From the NCBI GenBank assembly GCA_040389905.1, contig JAZJZK010000012.1, positions 158,929 to 222,928 on the forward strand: DNA of 64,000 bases. Direction: 5' to 3'. Positions 39,438 to 51,744 of the stretch are shown piece after piece. Numbering within the stretch: the first letter of the stretch is position 1; every line of letters starts with the position of its first letter. The notes under the pieces were generated by a model. It had not been told where the DNA came from. It did no database searches and saw only the letters and a list, made by a program, of their open reading frames with translations. The position numbers and the translations under genes were made by a program. Source of the DNA: Gemmatimonadota bacterium. Its GTDB lineage: Bacteria; Gemmatimonadota; Gemmatimonadetes; Gemmatimonadales; Gemmatimonadaceae.

Positions 39438-39823
39438 TCATGATAGCCAATCTTCTGGCGGGCGATCTCGCGATCTGTCTTGCACTCTGGGTGCTCTACG
39501 TGACTTTGAGAACACGCGACACTCCGACCCGACCTGGCCGCAGCAGGTCGTGACTCGCCAACGCAGTTCGCGCGCAGTAGCCGAGGGCAAGCCGCCAACG
39601 GCGGCCTGCCCTCGGCCTCCTCATAGACGTCCTTGCACAGGTATGGTCCGGCGTCAGTGGGAGCGGTCCGTTCGCAAAGGCGGGGTCTGAGCGCCGCAAG
39701 CGGTCTCGCGTTAGCGAGCCCACTTGCCGCGAAGTCTCCCCGCCGGCGCGAAAGGACCGCGACCACACCCCACCGAAACAAACACCGATTGCTGCCCAAG
39801 CCCGAGCGCAGCACATTAGACCA

Positions 39824-41371
39824 GTGAGCGACGAACTTCACGAACACGTCAGGAAGCTCCTGACCGCGCATTACGAGATCGGACCCGAACTGGGCCGAGG
39901 CGGAATGTCAGTCGTGTACAGCGCCGTACACAGGCGCGACGGGCGACGGGTGGCGATCAAGGTCCTTCCACCGCAACTGAACGTCACTTCCGCGATGCGC
40001 GAGCGGTTCGTGCGCGAGGCGCGCATCGCGGCGGCCCTCAACCATCCCGCCATCGTACCGGTGTACGATACCGCGGTCGTCCAGGACATCGCCTATTTCG
40101 TGATGCCCCTCGTGGAGGGCGAAAACGTCGGGGTGCGTCTCGAACGTGAAAAGCGGCTGTCCATTGCGGATACGCAGCTCATACTTGCGGGAGTGGCGGG
40201 CGCGCTTGAATACGCCCATACCGCCGGCGTCGTGCACCGCGACATCAAGCCCGAGAACATCATCCTGGACGCTACCACCCACCTTCCCCTCCTCACGGAT
40301 TTCGGGATCGCCCGCATTCTCGACGATGAAACGCGCTTGACCCAGGACGGGATGGCGATGGGCACACCGTCATACATGTCCCCGGAGCAGGCGCTTGGAA
40401 GCGACGACCTGGATGGTCGATCCGACATCTACTCACTCGGTGTCGTCGGATATCAGATGCTCACTGGCCGAGTGCCCTTCTCGGCCACGAATACCCGGGC
40501 ATTGCATGCGAAGCACGCGTCTGAGCGACCAGTACCGCTATTGGAATTGCGGCCCGATACTCCGCTTGCCATGGTCGCGGCTATCGATGGTGCACTGGAG
40601 AAGACGCCCCGGGCTCGCTGGCAAAGCGCCTCGGCATTTCGAGACGCACTCGGGGAGCTACCTCCAATCGCCGAGCGTATTGCTGTTGCGCCTCCTCCGC
40701 CACGGCGGCCGAGCGGTAACAGTACCGGCGTTTATTCCTACGGCATAGCAACTCGAATCAGGCACTTTCGCCGCAAGGCTGTTGGGTCTGTCGTCCTTAC
40801 GTCCATTCTGGGTGTTTGGAACGTCATGTACGACCCGAGTTTTCTGCCCTTTTTGTTCATTGGTGGACTGCTTGGGCTCGACGTCCTGCTCAAGGGTTCG
40901 GCACTGTATACGGAGGACGTGCCTTTCAAGGCGCTCTTCGTGGGTCGAGTCGCGTCCGACGAGGACACAGCTTCCGCAGGCGCCTATCCCTGGCCTGCGA
41001 GTCCGTACCTGGCGCGTTGCGACGTGGCACAACAGAGCGCGATACGGGATCACACCGAGATCCGCCGGATGCTCGACGGGCTGACAGATGCACAGCTGGC
41101 AATGATGCCATCCGTCACGGCCGCGGTGGCTATCCTTCAGAAGACAGTTCAGGGATGTGTGACCGAGATTCGGGACCTCGGGCCGCGCGTGAACGTGGAG
41201 TTGGAGATCACCGGTAGTGCGCTCGCACGGCTGGACAGCGCCGCCGAGGCGATGCACGAGATTCGGCTCGAGTTGATGAGGCTGCGGGAGGAGCGGTTCG
41301 AGTTCGGTGTCGATGCCATCAACCGCACGGCGGACCGAGCGCGTACAACGCTGGAAACGCCGCTCGCCTGA
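39824..41371 (+). CDS. Ser/Thr protein kinase with TM segments
   Basis: LGRGGMSVVY, VAIK, HRDIKPEN, DFG, GTPSYMSPE. Confidence 0.95.
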   Translation: MSDELHEHVRKLLTAHYEIGPELGRGGMSVVYSAVHRRDGRRVAIKVLPPQLNVTSAMRERFVREARIAAALNHPAIVPVYDTAVVQDIAYFVMPLVEGENVGVRLEREKRLSIADTQLILAGVAGALEYAHTAGVVHRDIKPENIILDATTHLPLLTDFGIARILDDETRLTQDGMAMGTPSYMSPEQALGSDDLDGRSDIYSLGVVGYQMLTGRVPFSATNTRALHAKHASERPVPLLELRPDTPLAMVAAIDGALEKTPRARWQSASAFRDALGELPPIAERIAVAPPPPRRPSGNSTGVYSYGIATRIRHFRRKAVGSVVLTSILGVWNVMYDPSFLPFLFIGGLLGLDVLLKGSALYTEDVPFKALFVGRVASDEDTASAGAYPWPASPYLARCDVAQQSAIRDHTEIRRMLDGLTDAQLAMMPSVTAAVAILQKTVQGCVTEIRDLGPRVNVELEITGSALARLDSAAEAMHEIRLELMRLREERFEFGVDAINRTADRARTTLETPLA

Positions 41372-41375
41372 TCGC

Positions 41376-41627
41376 TCACATGCTGAACCGACCCACCACG
41401 AACGCCGCCGCGACGACGCCTACGAAGAGGAAGACACGGAGGACCTTGCCCATCGACTGGCGACCCTCATTGGTAAAGCCGCTCCGCTTGATCGCGCCCA
41501 ACTGCTCCGTGAGTTCGCGCTGTTCGTCGAGAAGCGCTTCGACATAGTGTTGCACGTACTCGTTTTCGTGCTCCGCGGCGTACTTCGTGAGCGCCTCGGG
41601 AGTCATCGCCTTGAATCGCTTCTTCAT
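41376..41627 (-). CDS. small membrane protein
   Basis: 83 aa with a C-terminal TM helix. Confidence 0.6.
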   Translation of the reverse strand: MKKRFKAMTPEALTKYAAEHENEYVQHYVEALLDEQRELTEQLGAIKRSGFTNEGRQSMGKVLRVFLFVGVVAAAFVVGRFSM

Positions 41628-41634
41628 CTAGCGG

Positions 41635-42093
41635 TCATTTTACATTCTCCCCCATATGCATCGCCGCGTGTGCAATGAGTGAGTCGATTTCGTGTTGCGT
41701 CATATCAGACGTCAGGAAGTGCGGCTTGCTCCAGATCATGGTCGGGGGCATGTAGTGGTAGTTGCCTTCGACGAGCCCGATTCTGAACGACCGCGAGCTT
41801 GGACTCAGCATCCAGCCGGTCAAACCTGCCATTCCTACGAGCACATACGTAGCGATTGTAAGTACGCTGTGAACCCATCGGCTGGTGCGTTTTGATGCGT
41901 GCTCGAGCTTCCACTTGACGTCCGCACGCGCGCGGCGGTTCCGCTGCTCCAGATACTCGATCTGAGCGAACATGATGTCGGAGGCATCGCGGCGGGCATT
42001 ACACGCGAGCACGTATTGGTCCGCGCCACGCCGAGTGGTACGGTTTACATGCTCAGGCGGTGTGCGACTCGGGAGGACGGAGTCATCCGGCAT
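41635..42093 (-). CDS. hypothetical membrane protein
   Basis: 152 aa, one TM helix, 7 bp from the next gene. Confidence 0.55.
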   Translation of the reverse strand: MPDDSVLPSRTPPEHVNRTTRRGADQYVLACNARRDASDIMFAQIEYLEQRNRRARADVKWKLEHASKRTSRWVHSVLTIATYVLVGMAGLTGWMLSPSSRSFRIGLVEGNYHYMPPTMIWSKPHFLTSDMTQHEIDSLIAHAAMHMGENVK

Positions 42094-42342
42094 AGCATAT
42101 TCTAAGACCGCTCGGTTTGTGCTGCAAGACTGGAGGCGGTGGGACGTTCGGCCCCAGGACCTGGCCTCGATCCCCGCCGCGCGCGTGCGTCTTGTACCGA
42201 CTCACCGCGCCCAGCTTAGCTATATGAAACGCCATCACCTGTTGCTCATACCTTCCCATGTTGCCTGTCCTCGTCTGCGTAGGTCGCCTCCGCCAATGGG
42301 CGTCTTGCCCGTGAGCTCCCGTTGTGCAATCATTCGGGCGCG

Positions 42343-42460
42343 CTGACAGAGCGCATCCGGTCCGCGGACAGGGAGTGTCCCATCCGTTGCAGTCGTATCA
42401 CACCGACAATCCATCACCTTCTTTCGGGCCCACCAGGCGGACGGGGCCACATCGAGAGGA
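42343..42460 (+). ncRNA. candidate structured 5' leader RNA
   Basis: stems GGACA/TGTCC, GTCG/CGAC and GGCCC/GGGCC immediately before the AGGAGG RBS. Confidence 0.35.
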
Positions 42461-42466
42461 GGTCGT

Positions 42467-44332
42467 ATGCCCGGCACCAACCCTGCCCCTTCGGGCGGTG
42501 ATGTCCGTCCCCTGCCGCCGCGCCCCAATCTGGAGTTCGAGCACAAGCGCGCGAAGGCACTTCTGCGTCAGTTGCGCGCCGGCGATCCCGACGCGCTCGC
42601 GCGCGCGCGCACGCTGCATCCCGCGATCGTCGCTTCGCCTCCCCGAGCCATCGCACTTGCCGACGCGCAGTTGATCGCCGCCCGCGAGTACGGGTTCACG
42701 AGTTGGCCACGCCTTGTGCGTTACTTCGAAACCATCGCGCCGGACCATGTGCCGCACCGAGAGCTCGAAGATCCCGATGGGTTGGACGCGTGGGTCCGTT
42801 CGCTGCTGATCGAGCACCGGCAGCGCCGCATATCCGCGGCCCGCCAGCTCGTCACCTACGCCCCGCGCTTCTACGGCATGCCCGTGCCCGAAGTATTCGA
42901 CGCGGAGGTGACCGTCGAGGATGCGCGCACGGTCGTGGCGCGCGAACGCGGATACACCAACTGGGAAATGATGGTCGCGGACTCTGCCCAGCCAAGACAG
43001 CAACACTGGATGCGGGAACCGATGACGCTGGTTGCACGCGCAATGAAGTCCTTCGATCTGGATGAGTTGGGACGCATAATCGAGCGTCATCCCGAACTGC
43101 GAAAATCCTCATCGGTGGACATGCGGCAGAACAATGACATCGTCGTCATGGCGATTCTTCACGAGCGCGATCTTCCCTCCAATGAACGGCGGCTCACCGA
43201 CTGGCTGACGGACCACGGATTCGATGTGCAGCGGACGCTCAACCGGATGCTCTGCGGGCACATGCGCATCTCTGCGAACAAGGTACGCTATCTCCTGGAT
43301 CGCGGTGCCGATGCTGATTGGGTGGCACCCAACGGGCGGTCGGTGCTCGAGCACGCGCTCGTCACGTATTGGAATCCCGAGGCGGTCGATGTACTCGCCG
43401 CGCACGCGCGCCACCCGTCGGCGCTGTGGATCGCCGCCGGTTTAGGAAACGTCGATGCTGTGGCCGGTTTTCTCGATCGAGACGGCAAACCGACAACAGC
43501 AGCCTATCGTTCACGACCCGACTTCCGCGTCGCCCTGCGCGGCGCGCCCAACCTGCCCGAACCCGACGACGAGGAGATCCTCGTCGAGGCCTTCATGGTC
43601 GCGATGCTGAACCACCGCACCAATGTCATGGAGTACATGGCCAAGCGGAACTTTCCAGTGGATTCTCTTGCCTGGGGATCGACACCTATTTCGTTTGCCG
43701 TCGGGAACGCATTCCCGGGCCTGGTGGAATGCCTGCTGCGTTGCGGGGCGAGCATCGACATCGTGGGATATCGACCCGAGTCGACGCCGCGACAGATGGC
43801 TCGCGACTACTTCCAACCCAACAATCCCGACAGCCATCGCGTGCTCGAGCTCTGTGGCGGCGATCCGGTCGCTCTCATTGCCGAATTGGATGCGATGCCG
43901 GCGCCCGAGCCACAACTGACACAGCGTTTGAAGAAGGTGTTGGAGGTGGCCGGCGATGACGCGGCACGGTGCCAGGAAACACACATCACACCAGTGAACA
44001 TCCTTGTTGGAATGCTTCGCGTCGCACACTCGATGCCGATCCCGATCCTGAGCGTAGCGGCCGATAACGGCGAGCGTCTCCGCACGGCACTCGATGGGCG
44101 CCTGCTTTCGGGGGACGACCTGGTCTCGGGTGCTCCCTTCCCGCTGGCTGCCACATCCGAGGCATGCATCGCGCGAGCCTTCGATTTAGTTCGCGAGCGG
44201 AAAATGGAAGGTGTTATGCCGCACAATCTCCTCCTTGCGATGCTCGAGCCCGAGGATGGGGAAGTCGCTGAGTTCTTGGCGTCGTGCGGCTGTGACGTCA
44301 CCTCGTTGCGCCGGATGTTGTCGTCGATCTGA
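42467..44332 (+). CDS. ankyrin-repeat-like protein with C-terminal Clp-N-like domain
   Basis: LPPRPNLEFEHKRAKALL...AREYGFTSWPRL duplicated N-domain; LLDRGAD; TPISFAV; Clp-N-like ITPVNILVGML and MPHNLLLAML. Confidence 0.78.
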   Translation: MPGTNPAPSGGDVRPLPPRPNLEFEHKRAKALLRQLRAGDPDALARARTLHPAIVASPPRAIALADAQLIAAREYGFTSWPRLVRYFETIAPDHVPHRELEDPDGLDAWVRSLLIEHRQRRISAARQLVTYAPRFYGMPVPEVFDAEVTVEDARTVVARERGYTNWEMMVADSAQPRQQHWMREPMTLVARAMKSFDLDELGRIIERHPELRKSSSVDMRQNNDIVVMAILHERDLPSNERRLTDWLTDHGFDVQRTLNRMLCGHMRISANKVRYLLDRGADADWVAPNGRSVLEHALVTYWNPEAVDVLAAHARHPSALWIAAGLGNVDAVAGFLDRDGKPTTAAYRSRPDFRVALRGAPNLPEPDDEEILVEAFMVAMLNHRTNVMEYMAKRNFPVDSLAWGSTPISFAVGNAFPGLVECLLRCGASIDIVGYRPESTPRQMARDYFQPNNPDSHRVLELCGGDPVALIAELDAMPAPEPQLTQRLKKVLEVAGDDAARCQETHITPVNILVGMLRVAHSMPIPILSVAADNGERLRTALDGRLLSGDDLVSGAPFPLAATSEACIARAFDLVRERKMEGVMPHNLLLAMLEPEDGEVAEFLASCGCDVTSLRRMLSSI

Positions 44333-44356
44333 CGGCGCTGCCGTTGTGTGGGCGCG

Positions 44357-44890
44357 TCAGAAGACGCGCACACCAACGGTCGTCGGAGCGAACCAGAATC
44401 GAGTGCCGCTGGCGGACCATTGGCGGTATTGTACGTTCGCCATGAAGGCCGTGTGCGGCAACCCGTTCCATCCAAGTTCTGCCTCACCGAATACGCTGTT
44501 ATGTCGCGTGCCGCGGTATTCGCCTCCGTACCGCCCACCGCCCACCGCCACACCGAGTACGAGACCAGAATTCCCCAGGTACGAAACTCCGAGCGCGTAG
44601 CTGACACCTCCCGGGCGTGGAAATGGGTACGGCCCAGGAGCGCCGGTACTCCCCGTACAACAGGGGCGTGGCTCGACTTCCACCTTCAGGACAGGTCGCG
44701 TGTTCCCACGTGACCAGAGACGGACCTCCCCCGCGAGCCGTACCGTCGGGACGGGATCACTGCGGTAGACACCCGCCGATGTGCTGTGTGCTGCGACTCC
44801 GGCAAGGAGGTCGATGGAGACGAGCGGCACCTGTGCGTGCGTTAGCTGCGCGCCCAGTGCGATCGCGATAATCGCTGGAAGGTAGGTCAT
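44357..44890 (-). CDS. secreted/outer-membrane hypothetical protein
   Basis: signal peptide MTYLPAIIAIALGAQLTHA; beta-strand pattern; C-terminal Phe. Confidence 0.6.
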   Translation of the reverse strand: MTYLPAIIAIALGAQLTHAQVPLVSIDLLAGVAAHSTSAGVYRSDPVPTVRLAGEVRLWSRGNTRPVLKVEVEPRPCCTGSTGAPGPYPFPRPGGVSYALGVSYLGNSGLVLGVAVGGGRYGGEYRGTRHNSVFGEAELGWNGLPHTAFMANVQYRQWSASGTRFWFAPTTVGVRVF

Positions 44891-44974
44891 GGCGATGGGT
44901 CGGAGTGAATGGTGTGCCGCGTTTCTTCCGCACGAGCCGAGAATCATTGGAAGTTATGTCCGCTCCCAAAAGAA

Positions 44975-45014
44975 CGAGGGATTCATCATCCGCATGCGAA
45001 CGATGAATCCCTCG
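44975..45014. repeat. palindrome related to 45361-45397
   Basis: CGAGGGATTCATC...GATGAATCCCTCG. Confidence 0.6.
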
Positions 45015-45063
45015 CACCCTGACCCACAGTGCAGCTACGCCGCCGACACTTAACCGTACCCGG

Positions 45064-45182
45064 TGTTGGGTGCGAGCCATTGGCAGACCTAGCCTCTTCC
45101 TTCGGCGAAGACACATTCGAAGCAGAGGGGCATCTCAGTTCCCGATGCCGTAACGACCGATAAAGGCGAGCCGTGCCCGACA
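45064..45182 (+). ncRNA. candidate multi-stem ncRNA
   Basis: closing stem TGTTGGGTGCG/CGTGCCCGACA with three G-U pairs; inner CCTCT..CTTCG/CGAAG..AGAGG and GGCATC/GATGCC. Confidence 0.4.
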
Positions 45183-45207
45183 GGTGAGCTCGGTGCGGCT
45201 GCGCCGC

Positions 45208-45343
45208 TGAAGCCGTGAAAGACGACGTGAAATGACCCGTGAAGAACTACGTGAATAAAGACGTGAAAAGCCGTGCACGACTTTTCACGCCTCTCTTCAC
45301 GGCCTTCTTCACGCTGTTTTTCACGGTCTTCTTCACGGTTTCA
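45208..45343. repeat. 136-bp palindrome built from 12-bp units
   Basis: CGTGAA at 45214/26/38/50/62 mirrored by TTCACG at 45284/96/308/20/32 around GTGCAC. Confidence 0.9.
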
Positions 45344-45360
45344 TCCGCTCCTGAAAACAA

Positions 45361-45397
45361 CAAGGGCTCATCATCCACAGAGGACGATGAACCCTTG
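45361..45397 (-). terminator. hairpin downstream of atpC
   Basis: CAAGGGCTCATC...GATGAACCCTTG followed by TTGTTTT on the minus strand. Confidence 0.6.
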
Positions 45398-45417
45398 CCA
45401 GAAAAATCGGATGATGA

Positions 45418-45660
45418 TTACGCCGCCGACGCCTTCTCTGTCACCACCCGCACGACGTTATCCACGACCTGCATGAACCCGCCCTCGACGTTGAAGCGCT
45501 TCCCGTCGCCGAGCCGCAGTTCGCCCTTGCCGAGCAACGTCACCATCGCCGCGTGACCCGTCAGCACGCCGATATCACCGTCGAACGCGGGCGCGACGAC
45601 AGAATCCGTCGTGCCCTCGAAGAGCACGGCCTCCGGTGAGATCACCGAAACGGTGAGCAC
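45418..45660 (-). CDS. atpC: ATP synthase F1 epsilon subunit (short form)
   Basis: VISPE...PAFDGDIGVLTGHA...GGFMQV. Confidence 0.93.
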   Translation of the reverse strand: MLTVSVISPEAVLFEGTTDSVVAPAFDGDIGVLTGHAAMVTLLGKGELRLGDGKRFNVEGGFMQVVDNVVRVVTEKASAA

Positions 45661-45663
45661 CTA

Positions 45664-47966
<2,303 letters not shown>

Positions 47967-47967
47967 G

Positions 47968-49569
47968 TTACAGGCTCGCCGCCGTGAACGATGCTTCGCC
48001 GCTGCTGGCGATCTTCCGGTACTCGTCGAGTGCGCGCTTGAAGTCTGCTTCCGTCTCCTTCGACAACACCTTCTCGGAGCGGATGCGCTCACCAACCTGC
48101 GGGAACTGCGCGGACATGAACTCGTGGAAACCCTTCTCCCACGCGCGAAGCGCCGGAACCGCGACGTCGTCGATGTAGCCGTTCGAGACCGCGTACAGGA
48201 TCATGACCTGCTGCTCGACCGGCATCGGCTCGTACTGGCCCTGCTTCAGGATTTCGACGGTACGTGCACCGCGATCGAGCTGCTTCTTCGTGGCCGCATC
48301 GAGATCCGATGCGAACGACGCGAAGGCTTCGAGCTCACGATACTGCGCCAGATCGAGACGGAGACGGCCGGCGACGGAGCGCATGGCCTTCACCTGTGCG
48401 GAACCACCGACGCGCGACACCGAGATACCGACGTTCACGGCGGGGCGCACACCGGCGTAGAACAGGTCGGCTTCGAGGAAGATCTGACCGTCGGTGATCG
48501 AGATGACGTTCGTCGGGATGTACGCCGACACGTCACCGGCCTGCGTCTCGATGATCGGAAGCGCGGTCATGGAGCCACCGGGCTTCAGGATGTTCACGCC
48601 ATCCACGACCTTCGGATCGGACGACAGCTTGGCCGCGCGCTCGAGGAGACGGGAGTGGAGATAGAACACGTCGCCGGGGAATGCTTCGCGGCCTGGCGGG
48701 CGACGGAGCACCAGCGAGAGCTGGCGATACGCAGCGGCCTGCTTGGAGAGATCGTCGTACACGCACAGCGTCGGCTGGCCTTCGTTGTACATGAAGTACT
48801 CGGCCATCGCTGCGCCGGAGTACGGCGCGATGTACTGCATCGGAGCGGGATCGGACGCGGAGGCAACGACGACGATGGTGTATTCCATCGCGCCCTTCTC
48901 CTTCAGTCGTGCGACGACGGACGCAACGGTCGATGCCTTCTGACCGATGGCGACGTACACGCACTTCACGCCGGTGCCCTTCTGGTTGATGATCGTGTCG
49001 ACGGCGATGGCCGTCTTGCCCGTACCACGATCGCCGATGATCAGCTCACGCTGGCCTCGGCCGATCGGGATCATGGCGTCGATCGACTTGATACCCGTCT
49101 GGAGCGGCTCTTTCACCGGCTCGCGGACGATGATGCCAGGCGCTTCGCTCTCGACCTTGCGCGTGTGCTTGGCGTTCAGCTCGCCTGCACCATCGATCGG
49201 CCGTCCCAGCGCGTCGACGACGCGGCCGAGGAGCTCCGGACCAACCGGCACTTCGAGCACGCGGCCGGTGCGGCGGACTTCATCGCTCTCCTTGAGCTGG
49301 AGATAGTCGCCGAGGATGACGGCGCCGATGTTGTCTTCTTCGAGGTTGAGCGCGAGGGCGGTGACGGTGTTGCCCGTCTCGCTGGAATGAACCTCGAGCA
49401 TTTCGCCGGCCATGGCCTTCTGGAGGCCGTAGATGCGGGCGATTCCGTCCTTCACTTCGAGGACGGAGCCGACTTCCTCGACGTCGAGATTGTGAAGGTC
49501 GGCGGCCTCGATCTCACGGAGCAGAATGTCCTTGATCTCGCCGGGGCGGAGTGTCGTATCGGATGCCAT
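47968..49569 (-). CDS. atpA: ATP synthase F1 alpha subunit
   Basis: [31 protein letters not shown]. Confidence 0.99.
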   Translation of the reverse strand: MASDTTLRPGEIKDILLREIEAADLHNLDVEEVGSVLEVKDGIARIYGLQKAMAGEMLEVHSSETGNTVTALALNLEEDNIGAVILGDYLQLKESDEVRRTGRVLEVPVGPELLGRVVDALGRPIDGAGELNAKHTRKVESEAPGIIVREPVKEPLQTGIKSIDAMIPIGRGQRELIIGDRGTGKTAIAVDTIINQKGTGVKCVYVAIGQKASTVASVVARLKEKGAMEYTIVVVASASDPAPMQYIAPYSGAAMAEYFMYNEGQPTLCVYDDLSKQAAAYRQLSLVLRRPPGREAFPGDVFYLHSRLLERAAKLSSDPKVVDGVNILKPGGSMTALPIIETQAGDVSAYIPTNVISITDGQIFLEADLFYAGVRPAVNVGISVSRVGGSAQVKAMRSVAGRLRLDLAQYRELEAFASFASDLDAATKKQLDRGARTVEILKQGQYEPMPVEQQVMILYAVSNGYIDDVAVPALRAWEKGFHEFMSAQFPQVGERIRSEKVLSKETEADFKRALDEYRKIASSGEASFTAASL

Positions 49570-49691
49570 GCGTCAGTCTGGTGGGACGTCAAAGGGACAG
49601 CTTGTGAAAATTATCACAAGCCAGCAGAACAAGCAACAGGGCCGCCCACGCCGAGCCCCTCGCCCGAGCCAAAAGGCGCCACGCATTGCGG

Positions 49692-49955
49692 TAAGGATGG
49701 GGGCGCGGGTGCGGGCTCGGGCCAACCGCGGGCTTGGGCGCGGGGTTGGGCTAGGGTCTGGGCGCGGGCCTGCCTGCAGGCTGAGGGCTGGGGCATGCGC
49801 GTGGGCCTGGGCTGGCTCTCGAATCTTGAATGTTGCCCGAGCGCTGGCCCGAGCCCAAGCCCGAGCCTGATGGCAAGCCCAAGCCCGTGCCCTGGCCCAT
49901 GCCCGCGCCCAAGCCCGCAGTTGGCCCGGGCCCGGTCCCCCGCCCCCATCCCTTA
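49692..49955. repeat. about 264-bp imperfect palindrome of GGGC-NN / NN-GCCC hexamers
   Basis: ends TAAGGATGGGGGCG / CGCCCCCATCCCTTA; G-rich left arm, C-rich right arm. Confidence 0.8.
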
Positions 49956-50046
49956 GTTATCGGCGTACGCCCCAGCCCGCGTGCTTTCGCTACGCCAGGC
50001 GCGAATACGATGACGCACTTTGAATCCGCCGCGATAGAATGCGGTC

Positions 50047-50487
50047 ATGTCAACAGGCGTCAGAGAACTCAGAGTTTGGCAGGAGTCGGTCTCCCTTGGA
50101 GGAGATGTCATCCGTGCCGTCAAGACGAACATTCGTCGCGAGACGAAGAGCGTCACCGATTCGCTCATGGCGACCGCGATCGCCGTCGGCACGCACATCG
50201 CCGACGGCTACGGCCGTCACACGCTCGACGAGCAGCGCGAATCGTACACATCCGCACGAAGAGCCCTGCTCCGGCTCGAGACCGAGCTTGCCGTGGCTCG
50301 ACATGCGGAGCTCATCCCTGCCGGCTCCTTCACCGAGCTCACCGCGCGCTCGAATCAGGTCGCGAAGCTGCTTGCCGGATATGTCGTCTATCTCGACCGT
50401 CAGATCAGCGAGCGCGATGCGTTGCCACGCGTGCCGCGAGGCGTGCTACCGGCCGTCAGCCCCGGCTCCGCCCGTGTCCCCGGCTGA
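50047..50487 (+). CDS. four-helix bundle protein (23S rRNA IVP-like family)
   Basis: RELRVWQES...HIADGYGR...ARRALLRLETEL. Confidence 0.85.
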   Translation: MSTGVRELRVWQESVSLGGDVIRAVKTNIRRETKSVTDSLMATAIAVGTHIADGYGRHTLDEQRESYTSARRALLRLETELAVARHAELIPAGSFTELTARSNQVAKLLAGYVVYLDRQISERDALPRVPRGVLPAVSPGSARVPG

Positions 50488-51286
50488 ACCGCTCGATGAG
50501 ATCGACCGCGCGGAGGCGAGCGAGCGACGCGGGCTTCGTGCCGACAACGCGCTGTGCGGTGCTGCTCAAGTGCGAGGAGCTCGCAAAGTCCAGGATTTCG
50601 GCAACATCGCGCACGTCGTAACCGGGATTCTTTGCCAGCTCCGCGGCGGAGATCAGGCGCACGAGGTCGATGACGCGCTTGAGATTGGGTGCGCCCGCCG
50701 CTGCGAAGGTGCGGCTCAGGTGCTCGCGAGTGACGCCGATGGCGCTCGCCAACAGTTGGGTGCGCACAGGACGTCCCGACCACGCAACGATCCCGCGCCA
50801 CGCGGCACGCTGGAGCGGCGTCTCGAGCCCCAAGGCCTGCGGCGGCTCGGCAAGGGCGGTGTTGAAGCGCGTCGAAAAAGCATGACGGAACACCAGGTCG
50901 CGCATCACGGCGTCGTCCACGGATTCCACGAGGACGTCCGCGAAATCGAGCGCGCCGCACTGTGCGACGGCGGGCGCTTCGACCGCGCGAAGGGCGGTCA
51001 GCCCGAAGAATGGAACACTCGGGAACTCGCGCGCAAAGGCGGCCGCACGCCACGTGTCCTCGTGTGCACCGGCAAGGTCCACGATGGCCGCGTCGACGAG
51101 CGACGCGCGCAAGCCAGCCTCCAGTTCCTCCGGGGTCTTCGCGAACACCAGGCGCGCGCGGCGGCGGGGAAATGCCGACCGCACGAGCGCGCGGGCGCGT
51201 TCGCGGTTCGCGAAGAGCAGCACGACGAGCGGTGGCACTACCGCACGCGGCGCGGCGGGCGCGCCGTTTCTGGCCGGCGTCGTCAT
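50456..51286 (-). CDS. AraC-family HTH regulator
   Basis: LASAIGVTREHLSRTF; VAEILDFASSSHL. Confidence 0.85.
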   Translation of the reverse strand: MTTPARNGAPAAPRAVVPPLVVLLFANRERARALVRSAFPRRRARLVFAKTPEELEAGLRASLVDAAIVDLAGAHEDTWRAAAFAREFPSVPFFGLTALRAVEAPAVAQCGALDFADVLVESVDDAVMRDLVFRHAFSTRFNTALAEPPQALGLETPLQRAAWRGIVAWSGRPVRTQLLASAIGVTREHLSRTFAAAGAPNLKRVIDLVRLISAAELAKNPGYDVRDVAEILDFASSSHLSSTAQRVVGTKPASLARLRAVDLIERFSRGHGRSRG

Positions 51287-51732
51287 TCGATCGGAAGCGG
51301 ATTACCCGCGATCATCTCGTGCGCTCGACGCAGGACGATGCGGGCGTTCGCGTACGAAATTGCCGAGTTCGCGGCGTCGTAGCCGACCCATTGGCAGGCC
51401 GTGATTCCTTCCGTGCGCTGCGGCGAGGTCTGTGCCTCCTCGGTTTCCATCAGGAAGAAGTGACACACCTTGTGGATCAAACGGCCACGGAAGCGGAAGT
51501 ACCAGTCGATCGTCTCGATCGTGCCGCGAATGGCGACGTCGGCGATTCCCGTTTCTTCGCGGACTTCGCGAAGGGCCGCGTCTTCGGCGCGTTCGCCGCT
51601 TTCGAGATGGCCTTTGGGAAAGCCCCAGTTCTGGTAGCTGTCGCGAATGAGCAGAAAGAGGGGCGCGCCCGCTTCCTGACGGTAGACGACGCCACCGGCG
51701 GAGGTTTCCTGCTGCGCGCGTGCCCGTGTCAC
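51283..51732 (-). CDS. NUDIX hydrolase (Ap4A hydrolase-like)
   Basis: SAGGVV, WGFPKGHLESGE...AALREVREETG. Confidence 0.93.
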   Translation of the reverse strand: MTRARAQQETSAGGVVYRQEAGAPLFLLIRDSYQNWGFPKGHLESGERAEDAALREVREETGIADVAIRGTIETIDWYFRFRGRLIHKVCHFFLMETEEAQTSPQRTEGITACQWVGYDAANSAISYANARIVLRRAHEMIAGNPLPIE

Positions 51733-51744
51733 CGTTCGAGTCGC

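Noticed and set aside
36560..39553. Prophage
   Set aside because: No structural, packaging, replication or integrase genes in the window
45064..45182. 6S RNA or a known riboswitch
   Set aside because: Too short and branched for 6S, and no riboswitch consensus recognised; kept only as an unnamed candidate
45239..45556. ORF with FTxFFT repeats
   Set aside because: Translation of the 12-bp palindromic array, overlapping atpC antisense
49526..49949. Gly/Ala/Arg-repeat ORFs
   Set aside because: Translations of the hexamer palindrome
50047..50487. Diversity-generating retroelement (Avd-like helix bundle)
   Set aside because: No reverse transcriptase and no adenine-specific TR/VR pair seen
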